From positions 1 through 39,510 of IMG/VR virus record IMGVR_UViG_3300032266_001227: a stretch of 39,510 nucleotides of DNA; one strand, given 5' to 3'. This document shows, one piece after another, positions 1 through 9,401 of this stretch. The position numbers and the translations under genes were made by a program. This DNA comes from a virus. Its lineage: Duplodnaviria; Caudoviricetes. Within the stretch, counting starts at the first letter, position 1, and each line of letters begins with the position of its first letter. The notes under the pieces were generated by a model. It was not told where the DNA came from. It saw only the letters and a program-made list of their open reading frames with translations, and searched no databases.

Positions 1-123
1 AGCGACCCACCTGTTGCAGCCGAGTAGACCAGAAAAGACACGCGCATTGCTTCGCCAGCGCGGCGGCCCAAGCGGCTCCAATCCCAACGCTTGCGGAACT
101 GCAATCCGCTGGCCAGTTGCGCG
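1..123. repeat. Terminal direct repeat (circular-contig overlap), copy 1
   Basis: Bases 1-123 are identical to 39388-39510, and a minus-strand ORF reads in frame through the junction. Confidence 0.97.
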
Positions 124-392
124 ACCGGCGTCTTGATCGGGATATTAGTTGACGCCTGCGTCCACGTAATCGCGCCAGACTGGCTGTACCAGTTCCACCC
201 GCCGAGTGTTGGCAGGTCATAGGTATTTCGGTTGAAGCTATCGTACAGGATGTTCGGGGCGCGCACCGATGCGGCGTCGGTGCTGGCCGAGGCCGCGCTG
301 GCAGCGGCTGCTGCGGCCAACTGCGCGGCAAGGGTGGTGCTCTCACCCAGCAGCACCTGGCGCGGGGTTCCATCAAGAGTTACTTGCACCAT
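1..392 (-). CDS. N-terminal part of the SGNH-esterase tail protein (continues at 39387-37656)
   Basis: ATG at 392 just after the upstream stop; MVQVTLDGTPRQVLLGESTTLAAQ...GLQFRKRWDWSR is in frame with ORF 37656..39491; full protein about 707 aa. Confidence 0.85.
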   Translation of the reverse strand, partial: MVQVTLDGTPRQVLLGESTTLAAQLAAAAAASAASASTDAASVRAPNILYDSFNRNTYDLPTLGGWNWYSQSGAITWTQASTNIPIKTPVAQLASGLQFRKRWDWSRLGRRAGEAMRVSFLVYSAATGGS

Positions 393-395
393 GGC

Positions 396-815
396 TCAGA
401 CCTTCCCGAGAAGAATGAAGGGCGCGCCGAACAGCAGCGATTGCGTGCCGCCCGAGGGTGTGAACAGGAAGCTGATCGGGAAAGTCTCCACCCCGTCGCC
501 GTCGGTATCGGCGGGCAGCGCGCCGGTGGAGTTGGCACCGGTGCCGCTGGCAAGGCTGGCTGTCCACGTCGTGTATCCGGTGACCGAATCGTAGCTGGCC
601 GAACTGACGGTGAGCGTCACCAATGCGGTTGCGGCATCCGGTGTCGCCCGGATCGAGGCTGCGATCGTGCCGCCAGTCCAGTCGCCCGCCATCACGATCG
701 GATAAGTGAAGGCGAGGCCGCGCGTGGCGGTCGGAACTTCGCTATCGGTGAGCGATGCACCGCCCTTTCCGGCCGCAGCGAGCTGCTGCAGCCAGTCGTC
801 AAATGCTGTTTGCAT
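396..815 (-). CDS. Hypothetical virion/tail-fibre-associated protein
   Basis: 139 aa, Thr/Gly/Ser-rich, GGAG RBS, lies between two tail-fibre genes. Confidence 0.7.
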   Translation of the reverse strand: MQTAFDDWLQQLAAAGKGGASLTDSEVPTATRGLAFTYPIVMAGDWTGGTIAASIRATPDAATALVTLTVSSASYDSVTGYTTWTASLASGTGANSTGALPADTDGDGVETFPISFLFTPSGGTQSLLFGAPFILLGKV

Positions 816-823
816 GTTTGCTC

Positions 824-1717
824 CTATGCGGCCTTGAAGCCGATCACGGGGATGATGGTGCTGGTAATTTGCGCCAGACTATCGGTGGCATAGCTGCCGG
901 TCAGGGTTGGCCATGTGCCGAAGGTCTGAGACTTGGAGTAGCCGCAAAGCGACGTAGCCGTGCCGGTCATCAGGCCCGTCGCAGTCTGCGCTGGTACGGT
1001 CTGCGCCACGCGAAACTGAGAAACGCTGACCGAAAGAAACGCGGCGGTCGCGGCGGTGGTATCCTTGTTGGTCGCCGCCCAGTATAGACCTGCCTTCAAC
1101 GCCAGAGATGGGCCTGTATCCTCGATTGTCGCCGCACTGGTAGTCGATTGACTCGAAGAACTGTAGAGCGCCGCGCCGGTCGGCAACCGCGTGGTAGTGT
1201 CAGCGGCATAGAGCGCCATCTGGAACAGGCCGCTCGCCGCCGCCGTCGTCACGCGCGCCAGCAGGCTGTCGATCGTGGTATCGGCCAGCAGGAGGAACGG
1301 GTGAAAATAGATCGTGTTGCTGGTGTTGGCTGAAGGCGTCGCCGCCACACCGATGCCATCCGCCAGATAATAGCCGCCCGCCGCATAGCCCGGATGCCCC
1401 GGCCAGAGCAGCGTACCGCTGGCAAGTGACAGGCCGCGCCCCACGGTGATTTCCTCAACCGCTCCGGTGCTGGCCGTGGTGCGGCCGAGCAGCCGCGCCG
1501 TCGCCATGGTGAGACCGCTGCCGGTGATCGCACCCGGTGCCACGCTGCCCGCGTTCCAATAGGCCAGCGAATTGTAAGCCGTCGTTCCGTTGCCCAGCTT
1601 GGCTTTGCCGGTGTCCGTTTCCACCACCAGCTCGCCTGCCAATGGCACTTCGTTGACGCTGGCAAGGTTCGCTGCGGTGCCGCGCCGCAGCTTAAACCGG
1701 ATCAGAATGTCGCTCAC
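824..1717 (-). CDS. Tail fibre with Mtd_N-like (major tropism determinant / hyaluronidase N-terminal) domain
   Basis: N-terminus IRFKLRRGTAANLASVNEVPLAGELVVETDTGKAKLGNGTTAYNSLAY matches the RRGT...GE...ETDT...K.GDG...NSL.Y pattern; start overlaps the upstream stop. Confidence 0.8.
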   Translation of the reverse strand: MSDILIRFKLRRGTAANLASVNEVPLAGELVVETDTGKAKLGNGTTAYNSLAYWNAGSVAPGAITGSGLTMATARLLGRTTASTGAVEEITVGRGLSLASGTLLWPGHPGYAAGGYYLADGIGVAATPSANTSNTIYFHPFLLLADTTIDSLLARVTTAAASGLFQMALYAADTTTRLPTGAALYSSSSQSTTSAATIEDTGPSLALKAGLYWAATNKDTTAATAAFLSVSVSQFRVAQTVPAQTATGLMTGTATSLCGYSKSQTFGTWPTLTGSYATDSLAQITSTIIPVIGFKAA

Positions 1718-3276
1718 GCGACGACGCCGCCGTCATAGATCAGCCCATTCTCGGGATTGCGCACCCAGCCTGCAATCTCGTCACGGTCCGCGCCCGTCAG
1801 CACACCGCTAACCGCGCTCGGCGGCGTGCCAGTGGCGGCGAGCGCGGTAGTGTGCTTGCTCGCCGTTTCGCTGCGCAGCGTCACCTTCACGGTGAAGTTC
1901 GCCGGATCAAGCTCGCGCTTCAGCACGATGCAATCGGCATCGAGGCCCAGCTCGGGCAGGGTGACGTGATAGCATTCGCCCGGACGGACCATGCGCCATT
2001 CCGGGTTCAGCACCAGCTCGATCGGCCCTTCCTCGCGGCTGTTGAGGATGCGGTAGCTGGCAAGCTGCGCCGCCTGGTCCGCGTCCTTCACCAGATTGAA
2101 CGGGAATTCCTGCCGCCGCTGCTCGCCGTCCGCCGTGACAAGGCTGCTCATCACGATCGGCTCAAGGCTCACCAGTTCCCAGTTGCTGCCGGGATCGACG
2201 CATTTGGGCACCACCGCGTTGATGCGCGCCGCATAGGGCTGCATCTTCGTGGTCGAATAGTCGCCCTCCGCCAGATCCTCGCGCGTGATCGTGGCCAGCG
2301 CAAGTTCCGGCGCATCATAGCGCACCGAAAGCAGCGCGCCCGAAAACACCGGCTCGGCCCCACCTGCAATGGCAATTTCCTTGAGGTTTGCCCAGCGGTC
2401 GCCCGGCTCGAACACCCGCCCGAAGATCGTCCAGTCGTTCGCGTCGCAGACGTTCGCCCAGGCGGCAACCGCGGTCCAGTCGATCGCATCGCTGGGAAAG
2501 CCGCAGCCCATCACCAGCTTGCCGTTCTGGTAGCGGCCATAGGCATACATCGCGAAGTGGAGCGCCGGGTTATCGCTCCAGGCATAGGTGCTTTCGGTGC
2601 CGATCCGGTGCGCGCCCGATCCGCCCGGAAAGGTGCTGTCGAGCCGCGGATCGTAGACCTTCACCCATTTCCCATAGGCACCCATCACCGGCAGGCCGGA
2701 GGCGAACTTCTTGCCCTCCTTGTCGAACTTCACGTTCCACGCGATGGCCGCGTTGCCGGAGAGCTTGGCCGAAGAATCCCAACCCGGCGCACCGCTCCAC
2801 GTCAGCGCCAGCGCGGAGCTTTCCGGACAAGCCCCCAGCTGCGTCGATGTGCCGAGGAAGCCCGAATAATAGCCGCTGCTTGGCACGCCATAATCGAAGC
2901 GCGGCGCGATGCTGTCGATCGGGCCGTGCCCGCAATAGACGTCGACAAGCAGCCGATATGGGTTCGGCACATCGTCCACCGTGCCGCCATAGGCGCGGTC
3001 GTACCGGCGAACCCCGCCGACATAGCCTTCGCCCATCACATAGGGCCTCGGCGGCTCGACCTCGATCACCACCTGATTTGGGCTACCGCGCGCGGGTGGC
3101 GGTTTGGCCAGAAGCTGCGCGCCGAGACCCGCTACTGAGGCAACGACGCCTGCAATGGATGCGATCGTGCTCGTGCTGGCACCGAAGATCGTGGCGACAC
3201 CCGCAACGCCCAGCCCGGTCGCAACCAATGCCACCGCGCCCGCAACAACCGCGATGATGCGCAGAAACTTGCTCAT
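1714..3276 (-). CDS. Tail tip / host-specificity (J-like) protein
   Basis: Likely start MSKFLRIIAVV at 3276 with a hydrophobic N-terminus; KVYDPRLDST...WSDNPAL motif typical of tail-tip proteins. Confidence 0.85.
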   Translation of the reverse strand: MSKFLRIIAVVAGAVALVATGLGVAGVATIFGASTSTIASIAGVVASVAGLGAQLLAKPPPARGSPNQVVIEVEPPRPYVMGEGYVGGVRRYDRAYGGTVDDVPNPYRLLVDVYCGHGPIDSIAPRFDYGVPSSGYYSGFLGTSTQLGACPESSALALTWSGAPGWDSSAKLSGNAAIAWNVKFDKEGKKFASGLPVMGAYGKWVKVYDPRLDSTFPGGSGAHRIGTESTYAWSDNPALHFAMYAYGRYQNGKLVMGCGFPSDAIDWTAVAAWANVCDANDWTIFGRVFEPGDRWANLKEIAIAGGAEPVFSGALLSVRYDAPELALATITREDLAEGDYSTTKMQPYAARINAVVPKCVDPGSNWELVSLEPIVMSSLVTADGEQRRQEFPFNLVKDADQAAQLASYRILNSREEGPIELVLNPEWRMVRPGECYHVTLPELGLDADCIVLKRELDPANFTVKVTLRSETASKHTTALAATGTPPSAVSGVLTGADRDEIAGWVRNPENGLIYDGGVVA

Positions 3277-3704
3277 GTCCGCCAAGCTCCAATTGCCATA
3301 TCGAGAGGCGCTTCCACTTCGATCAGGCCTTTCCAGTAATCCTGATGCCAGCCCAGCAGCTTGTGCCGCCCGGCGCAGACCGTGATCAGATCGAACCCTT
3401 CGTCGCCCGGGAAGACCGCCAGATCGCCCACCAACATCATCGCCGGGGCAATCCGGGTCAGGCCGGGCTGGGCATCCAGCATCGCTGCCACATCGCTCCA
3501 ACCGCGTTCGGCTAGCGCCCGCTTCGCCCCGATCGGCCCGCGCATCCGGGGCAGCGTTTCCACCTTGTGCCCCATCTTCAGCAGATGAAACCGCGCCATG
3601 TGAACGCAGGTGACGCCCTTCTTCCAATCGAAGGCCAAGGGCCGATACTTTGCCAGTGTTGCCTCTGTGGCGCGCTTGCGGCGGAGGAGATCGGGTTCGC
3701 TCAT
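3273..3704 (-). CDS. NlpC/P60-like tail assembly protein (DUF6950-like)
   Basis: Start MSEPDLL; FDWKKGVTCVH catalytic-Cys motif and GDL; lambda K position in the tail operon. Confidence 0.75.
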   Translation of the reverse strand: MSEPDLLRRKRATEATLAKYRPLAFDWKKGVTCVHMARFHLLKMGHKVETLPRMRGPIGAKRALAERGWSDVAAMLDAQPGLTRIAPAMMLVGDLAVFPGDEGFDLITVCAGRHKLLGWHQDYWKGLIEVEAPLDMAIGAWRT

Positions 3705-4297
3705 CTGAAGCCCCCGCCAAGCCCCCAGGTGAACCTCCCCACCGGAACCTGCCCGCTCGTCGCCACCGCTTCCGCGCCCCATGTTACCGAAACCGTCAGC
3801 CCGTTGGCCTGGTCATGCCCGGTCTCGCCCGCCCAGATCGATTTGTGGAACGTCGGCGAAAGGCTGTTGCCCGAAGCGCGGTTGAACAGGCGCTCGGCCA
3901 TCGAGACCACCGTCGTCTCAAGCTCACGACTGTCGCGGCCCAGCTTGAGCACCGTCTGATCGAGCTGCCCGTCAAACTGCAGCCCCGGCGTGCCGACCAC
4001 CGCCGATGTGGCAGGATTGACCTCGGCAATCCAGAACCGCACCCGCGTCGTTTGAAACCCCGGCTGCGAAAGGTCTGCCGGTGCCGCGCTGCCCGCAGGC
4101 AGAAGCGTCATCGTCAGCGCGGGCACTTCATCGCCCACGCCTTCGCCAAGCGCCTCGATCGCGCCCATCGTGCCAAAGGTCGCATCGCGCGCGCTGAACG
4201 TCTCGCTGCCCCACTTGACCAGCCCGCCATCGCACAGCCGCACGGTGCCCGTCGGCAATTCCATCTTGCAGAGCGCGGCCAGCGTGATCGCGCTCAC
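3701..4297 (-). CDS. Minor tail protein (baseplate hub-like)
   Basis: 198 aa, overlapping start/stop coupling, position after the distal tail gene. Confidence 0.7.
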   Translation of the reverse strand: MSAITLAALCKMELPTGTVRLCDGGLVKWGSETFSARDATFGTMGAIEALGEGVGDEVPALTMTLLPAGSAAPADLSQPGFQTTRVRFWIAEVNPATSAVVGTPGLQFDGQLDQTVLKLGRDSRELETTVVSMAERLFNRASGNSLSPTFHKSIWAGETGHDQANGLTVSVTWGAEAVATSGQVPVGRFTWGLGGGFR

Positions 4298-4887
4298 CGC
4301 AGTTCCTCGATCACGATCGATGGCAGCTGCACCAGCTTGCCCACCGGGATCTCGAAATTGACGTCGCTGGTCAGCAGGCCCTCGATCACCGGCTTGGCGA
4401 TCAGCACTTCCGAATTGTTCGCCAGCGCGCAGCGCAGCGGCACGCCGAGCGTCAGTATCGCCTTGCCGTCGCTCCCCGCGCGAACCGGCGTGGCCACGTC
4501 ATGCAGATAGCGCACGCCGTCCGCATCGGTCACATTCAGCCAGTAGCCCTCGCGCGCCATCCAGCCGGGCGTGAGGCCCTTGAGCTTGAGCGTGGTGCCC
4601 GCGCTGTCCGTCCCGTCGACCACCGGTACGCCGGGGCTGCCCTGCAGGCCCTGCGCCAGCGGCATCGGCATGCGCAGCGCATCCGCCTTCGCCCGCGTCA
4701 GCCGCGCCTTGACGATGCGCGCGGTTTCCCAGTCCATCACCGGCAGCGAGAATTCCACCGAATAGCGGCTACCAAGCCGGTTATACCGCTGCGCCGGCGC
4801 GCCCGAGGCCGGGCGGATCACGAAGCCGAAATCCATCAGCATCGGCTTGGCGCTGCGCGGATAGACGGTGGCAGGCAACTCAATCAT
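4294..4887 (-). CDS. Distal tail protein
   Basis: 197 aa directly after the tape measure; QRYNRLGSRY motif. Confidence 0.7.
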   Translation of the reverse strand: MIELPATVYPRSAKPMLMDFGFVIRPASGAPAQRYNRLGSRYSVEFSLPVMDWETARIVKARLTRAKADALRMPMPLAQGLQGSPGVPVVDGTDSAGTTLKLKGLTPGWMAREGYWLNVTDADGVRYLHDVATPVRAGSDGKAILTLGVPLRCALANNSEVLIAKPVIEGLLTSDVNFEIPVGKLVQLPSIVIEELR

Positions 4888-6581
4888 GCGAGCCGCCGCG
4901 AATTGGTGCGCGCGACCTTGTTGTACCCGATCTCACCCCCCGCACCGGCAATGGCAGGCGCGGCCCGCAGCACGCGGCCATCGACCACCACGTCGAAATA
5001 TCTGCTCGGGATGATCTGGATCGACGAAGGCCCGCCGCCGGGCCCGGTGCCGTTCGGATAGACCTGCGATCCACGCGGCAGACTTACCAACTCCGGCCCG
5101 CGCTCGCCGACCATGGCGAGGCCGCCCGGGTGGAAATTGGTACCACCGGCATAGGCGGGCACCTTGTTTACTCGCGCCGCCAGCGTCTTGCCAAACAGCC
5201 CCGTGCTGGCGAGCTGCGTAAACAGCCCCACCGCCGAGCCGAGGATCGAGAGGAAATCGCCGCTGCGGATCGAGGTCGACATGTTCTGCAGCGCCGCAAC
5301 GGTATCCTGCGCCATGTCGGCAAAGGACTTGGCGATGCGCACGGTGGATGCATCGGTTTGATCCGCCGTGTCGTTGGCGGCCTTGTTCACCTTGGATAGC
5401 GAGTTCTGGATTTCCTCGGTCTGATAGAGCAGCCCCTCGAACAGCGGCGTGCGCAAGCCGGGCGCCTGTGCAGCGATGTTGGCGATGTTGCTGCCGAGCA
5501 GCGCATTGCCCCCGGCAAAACCCGCCAGAGGGCCTTTGCCTGGCGTGAACGTGCCGGTCTTGCCCGGCAGGCGCAGCAGGGCGCCGCCGCTGCTGGGCAC
5601 GGGCGCGGGGGGTGCGTTCTTCTTCGGATTGCCGTTTTCATCGAGCCCGTAGAGCCCGCCATATTTGCCCGCCGCACCCTTAGCGAGGATCCCGGCATCC
5701 TCGAGCTGCTTGACGTACTTCGTCAGCCCAAGGTCCGCCTTGCTCATTTCATCGGCAAAGCGGCTAATCCAGTTGATCGCCTGGCTCGCCTTGTCGATCA
5801 GCGTGCCGAAGGCATCGGCCAGCTTCAGGATCGAATCGGCGTTCTCTGCCACCGCGATCGAGATCTTCGCCGTGATGATCTTGTTGAGGCTGGCCATCTT
5901 GTCCGAAGCGGCGTCGGCCTTGTTGATCAGCGAGTCGCTCATCACGATGCCCAGCTTTTCGGCATCGGCGCGCAGCGAGTTGACGCCCTTGGCCCCGTCG
6001 GCCAGCAGGCTGCCCATCTTCATGCCGCTCTTGCCGAACAACTCGACCAGCACCGCCGCGCGCTCGGCGGGCGAGCCGAGCTTCTGCAGCGCATCGGCCA
6101 GTTCGGGGATGATGTCGCCCGCGTCCTTCACGTTGCCATTGGCATCGCGCACCGAAATGCCCAGCTTCTCGAACGCGGCGGATTGCTTCTTGCCGCCTTC
6201 CACCGCCTGCCCGATCGTGCGCGTCAGCTTGGCAAGGCCGGTATCCATTTCGTCCTGGCTGATGCCCACCTGATCGGCGGCATAGCGATATTCCTGCAGC
6301 GTCTTCGTGGTGACGCCCAGCTGCTGCGCCGTCTCACCGAGCGAGGCCGCATATTCGAGCCCGGCGTCGACCGCGCTTTTAAGCTGGCTGACAATCGCCG
6401 TCGCGGCAAAGGCCGAGGCGCCCGCCACCAGCGCCTTCGTCATCGAGCCGACCTTGAAGCCCGCGCGCTCGGCCTTGCTGCCCAGCGTGTTGACCTCGGC
6501 CGCGGCGCGCTTCGCCCCGCTTTCAAATGCAGCAGAATCGATGCCCAGCGAAATGCGAAGCTGGCCGATGAAGCTGCTCAT
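4884..6581 (-). CDS. Tail tape measure protein
   Basis: 565 aa, Ala-rich helical; N-terminal IGQLRISLGIDSAAF; C-terminal YAGGTNFHPGGLAMVGERGPELV motif. Confidence 0.93.
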   Translation of the reverse strand: MSSFIGQLRISLGIDSAAFESGAKRAAAEVNTLGSKAERAGFKVGSMTKALVAGASAFAATAIVSQLKSAVDAGLEYAASLGETAQQLGVTTKTLQEYRYAADQVGISQDEMDTGLAKLTRTIGQAVEGGKKQSAAFEKLGISVRDANGNVKDAGDIIPELADALQKLGSPAERAAVLVELFGKSGMKMGSLLADGAKGVNSLRADAEKLGIVMSDSLINKADAASDKMASLNKIITAKISIAVAENADSILKLADAFGTLIDKASQAINWISRFADEMSKADLGLTKYVKQLEDAGILAKGAAGKYGGLYGLDENGNPKKNAPPAPVPSSGGALLRLPGKTGTFTPGKGPLAGFAGGNALLGSNIANIAAQAPGLRTPLFEGLLYQTEEIQNSLSKVNKAANDTADQTDASTVRIAKSFADMAQDTVAALQNMSTSIRSGDFLSILGSAVGLFTQLASTGLFGKTLAARVNKVPAYAGGTNFHPGGLAMVGERGPELVSLPRGSQVYPNGTGPGGGPSSIQIIPSRYFDVVVDGRVLRAAPAIAGAGGEIGYNKVARTNSRRLA

Positions 6582-6922
6582 TCGTCTGGTTCCTCAGGTT
6601 CGGGCGGCGCGGCCATGCGCGCCTGGGCATCAAGCGCGGCCTGCCAGGCGCGCAGGTTTTCGAGCCGCCGCTCGGCCTCCTCGGCCGGATCACGCGGCGG
6701 TTCGTCTTCATCCATCAGCACATGGAGCGCGGGGATCTGTTCAACGCGGGGCAGCACAGTTTGATGCCACACCATCCAGCCCCGCCGGCGGCGATAGCCC
6801 CGGATCATCGCGAAGACGGTACGCGGCGTTTCCAGCCAGAATGCAGCCGGCGTTCCCCCCGCCTCGCACCAGTTGGCCAGCACCGCATCCCAGTCCCACT
6901 CGGCGGGGTCTAGGCGTTTCCC
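6578..6922 (-). CDS. Tail assembly chaperone GT, C-terminal frame reached by -1 frameshift
   Basis: The -1 frame from GGGAAAC gives KRLDPAEWDWDAVLANWCEAGGTPAAFWLETPR; P..FW..TPR motif of T-type chaperones. Confidence 0.8.
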   Translation of the reverse strand, partial: GKRLDPAEWDWDAVLANWCEAGGTPAAFWLETPRTVFAMIRGYRRRRGWMVWHQTVLPRVEQIPALHVLMDEDEPPRDPAEEAERRLENLRAWQAALDAQARMAAPPEPEEPDE

Positions 6923-7239
6923 CCCACACTGCCTTGATCGCCTTCGCTCTCATCCTTCGGCATCGCCGCATTGAAGGCCTTCTTGAGCGCGTCGGGAATC
7001 CCCTCGACCTTGGCAATCATTTCTGCCGCATCGGTTCGAGAGATCAGCCTGCCACCCGCTGCATGCAGTCCATGACGCAAAAGAGAGCTGATAAAGCCAA
7101 TCCGTCGCCACAGATCCGGCGAAAGCAGCGGAACCCCGCTTTCGTCCTCAACTTCGATAAGCACACCCCAGTTGATGACAATCTTATGCTCGACTTCACC
7201 ATCGTGGAACGAAGCCTCGCCTTTCAGCGGATTGGCCAT
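6910..7239 (-). CDS. Tail assembly chaperone G
   Basis: MANPLKGEASF start, located between tail tube and tape measure, slippery site at its 3' end. Confidence 0.85.
   Translation of the reverse strand: MANPLKGEASFHDGEVEHKIVINWGVLIEVEDESGVPLLSPDLWRRIGFISSLLRHGLHAAGGRLISRTDAAEMIAKVEGIPDALKKAFNAAMPKDESEGDQGSVGGNA
6916..6922 (-). other. Programmed -1 ribosomal frameshift slippery site G GGA AAC
   Basis: XXXYYYZ heptamer in the correct phase just before the G stop codon; lambda uses GGGAAAG at the equivalent position. Confidence 0.85.
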
Positions 7240-7240
7240 G

Positions 7241-7660
7241 TCAGAGTTCCGGGCCCGAAAGCTTCATGCTCAGCTTGGCGGTCTGCTTGCCCTTCACCGC
7301 CAGGTTGTCGACCTGATAGCCGGTGATCACCATCGCGCGGGTGATGTTACCCGAGCCGGAGGCGGCGTTTTCGGTCCACTGCACATAGCCGTTGCCGCCG
7401 GCCGAAAACAGCGTGCGGATCGCCGAATCGGTGGTCGAGCCCTTCACATGGTTGATCGAGATCACCAGATCTCCGGGATCGAACACGCCATCGGCGATAA
7501 ACTCCATCGCGCCGCCGCTGCTGGCGTGGTTGGTCACGTCGAGCGCATCGCGCGTCAGGTTCGGCGGCGCGATATCGAACACGCCGGCCAGCGTGGTGGT
7601 AGGCGGATTGGCATTGCCGATCTTGACGACGCTGCCGAACGATGGTGCTCCAGTGGGCAT
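7241..7660 (-). CDS. Major tail (tube) protein
   Basis: PPNLTRDALDVTNHASSGGAMEFI...DPG motif; ends KLSG. Confidence 0.88.
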   Translation of the reverse strand: MPTGAPSFGSVVKIGNANPPTTTLAGVFDIAPPNLTRDALDVTNHASSGGAMEFIADGVFDPGDLVISINHVKGSTTDSAIRTLFSAGGNGYVQWTENAASGSGNITRAMVITGYQVDNLAVKGKQTAKLSMKLSGPEL

Positions 7661-7671
7661 AGAGGCCTCCT

Positions 7672-8067
7672 TTATGAAATTGTGAACGTGTAATCCTGGC
7701 TGACCCGGTAGAGCCGCTGCCCCCCGTCCTGCTCGTCTTCCGTGGCGGTTACTTCGCTTTCGAGCATGCCCGGCCCGAACACCGAGCCGCCGAACGTGCC
7801 GCCGCTTTCCATCGCCGCGCGGACCGCCAGCGCCAGCGCATCGGCCTCGGCCAGCGTCTTGCCGTAGCTGTCGATCTGCACGCGCGGTTCATCGAGTCCG
7901 CTTGGCCCGCCGTGCGTCCAGTCGCGGCCCGGATCGATCGTGTTCAGGATCACGCAGGGGTAGCCATCCTTGCGGTTCTTCTCGAACCACGAAACCGCGC
8001 CGCCGACGATGGCCGCGACGCCCGCATTCGCCTCGATCCGGGCGCGCAGATCAGCCCGCTGCGTCAT
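7672..8067 (-). CDS. Tail terminator / completion protein (DUF3168-like)
   Basis: Start MTQRADLRAR; YPCVIL, RVQIDSYG and LYRVSQDY motifs. Confidence 0.82.
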   Translation of the reverse strand: MTQRADLRARIEANAGVAAIVGGAVSWFEKNRKDGYPCVILNTIDPGRDWTHGGPSGLDEPRVQIDSYGKTLAEADALALAVRAAMESGGTFGGSVFGPGMLESEVTATEDEQDGGQRLYRVSQDYTFTIS

Positions 8068-8621
8068 CGCGCAGCCTTTCCGCCATAGCCGATGCCGCGC
8101 AGGCGGCTGCCCTTGCCCTTGGCGATCCGCTCGGCCTCGCGCTCCAGCCCTTCGCCGAGCGCGCGGCCGATACGATCGAGCGCGATCTGCCCGCCCGCAC
8201 GCTGCCACGCGAGGCGCATCCAGGGATAGGGCGGCAGGCCATGCGCCGGCGCGCCGAATTCCACAAACGCGCCGTAAACTTCGGGCGAGGTGCCGATCTG
8301 GTACGCATAGCGCGGCGGGCCCTTCTTGCCCTTGACCGTGCTCTGCCGGGCGCTTTTGCGCGGGCGATACTGCGCGATGCGCTTCACCTGCACCGAGGCA
8401 AACAGCTTTGACCGATCCCGCCCGCGATCGACCTTGACGATCACGTTCTTCGCCAGCAGCCCCGATTTCTTGCGCACGGTTTCGCGCGCGATAACCTGCA
8501 TTTCGCGCGCCGACTGGCGCAGCGCGAACCGCCCGACCGATTGCGCCGACTTGGTAGACAGCTCAAGCAGCGCGGCATTGACCTCGCGCCCCCCGCTAAA
8601 CTGCAGATGCTGGCGTGCCAT
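8064..8621 (-). CDS. HK97 gp10-family neck/tail morphogenesis protein
   Basis: Start MARQHLQFSG; KSGLL and FVEFGA...PPYPWMRLAW motifs. Confidence 0.85.
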   Translation of the reverse strand: MARQHLQFSGGREVNAALLELSTKSAQSVGRFALRQSAREMQVIARETVRKKSGLLAKNVIVKVDRGRDRSKLFASVQVKRIAQYRPRKSARQSTVKGKKGPPRYAYQIGTSPEVYGAFVEFGAPAHGLPPYPWMRLAWQRAGGQIALDRIGRALGEGLEREAERIAKGKGSRLRGIGYGGKAAR

Positions 8622-8959
8622 CAGCCCAAGCTCGACGTTGCGGTGAATTCGAGCTCGCGCGGGGCAGGGGCGCCGATCGGGGCAATGCCCGTCACGTCCC
8701 ACGCCCGCCCGTCGCATTGGATCCGGTCGCGCACCGTCACGCTGCGCGCGCCCGTTGTGGCGAGCACCCGGAAGGTCGCGGTCTGCACCGCCTGCTCGCC
8801 CGCCGCCGCGCGCCGCTCAGCGCTGGTGCCATAGCGCACCAGCGCAAAGCAGCTCAGCAGCGTCTGCCAGCTGCCCGGCCCTTCGCCGCCCAGCGCATCA
8901 TCCCCCCCGGCATCACGCTCGAAGGTAATGCGCTGGTTGCGCTGTCCGGCCGGAATCAT
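8621..8959 (-). CDS. Head-tail adaptor (SPP1 gp16-like head closure)
   Basis: AGQRNQRITFER...W...; 112 aa; position in the neck module. Confidence 0.85.
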   Translation of the reverse strand: MIPAGQRNQRITFERDAGGDDALGGEGPGSWQTLLSCFALVRYGTSAERRAAAGEQAVQTATFRVLATTGARSVTVRDRIQCDGRAWDVTGIAPIGAPAPRELEFTATSSLG

Positions 8960-8961
8960 GC

Positions 8962-9378
8962 TCAGATCGCCACGCCGGGCGCGAGCAGCCCGATGCGCAG
9001 CACCGAGGTCGAGGTGGCGAGGCCGAGCAGCGCCGGATAATCGCCGGTGGTGTTGTCCGCCTGCGGCCGCACGCCGCCGGCAGTGCCCGAAGCGAAATAG
9101 GCCGCGCCCGCCACCAGCGTGCCGCCAATCGTGATATCGCCCCCGGTCTGATAGACCACCGGCTGCCCCGCCGCTGCCCCGTTCAGCGCAATGCCCACCG
9201 GCGTGCGCTGCCAGGCCGAGGCGCTGTTGACGTCGGCCAGCTTCACCGTGGCCGGCGTGGTGCTGTTATCCAGCGCGACCACCTGCCCCGCCGTGATCGC
9301 GACCCCCGCGGTCCCGCTGGCCGTCGAAGCATTGCTCCCGGCGATCACATTCGCCGCCGTAATCGAAATATCAGCCAT
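8962..9378 (-). CDS. Hypothetical structural protein (capsid cement/fibre-like)
   Basis: Start MADISITAANV after GGAG; AGVAITAGQVV and GIALNGAAAGQPV motifs. Confidence 0.65.
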   Translation of the reverse strand: MADISITAANVIAGSNASTASGTAGVAITAGQVVALDNSTTPATVKLADVNSASAWQRTPVGIALNGAAAGQPVVYQTGGDITIGGTLVAGAAYFASGTAGGVRPQADNTTGDYPALLGLATSTSVLRIGLLAPGVAI

Positions 9379-9401
9379 GTTCGGCTCCTGTGTTGAAAGG
9401 G

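Noticed and set aside
1-123. Terminal repeat as a biological DTR
   Set aside because: It falls in the middle of a gene, and the HNH/terS arrangement points to cos packaging elsewhere; best explained as assembly overlap.
824-1717. Diversity-generating retroelement suggested by the Mtd-like N-terminus
   Set aside because: No reverse transcriptase and no template/variable repeat pair seen.
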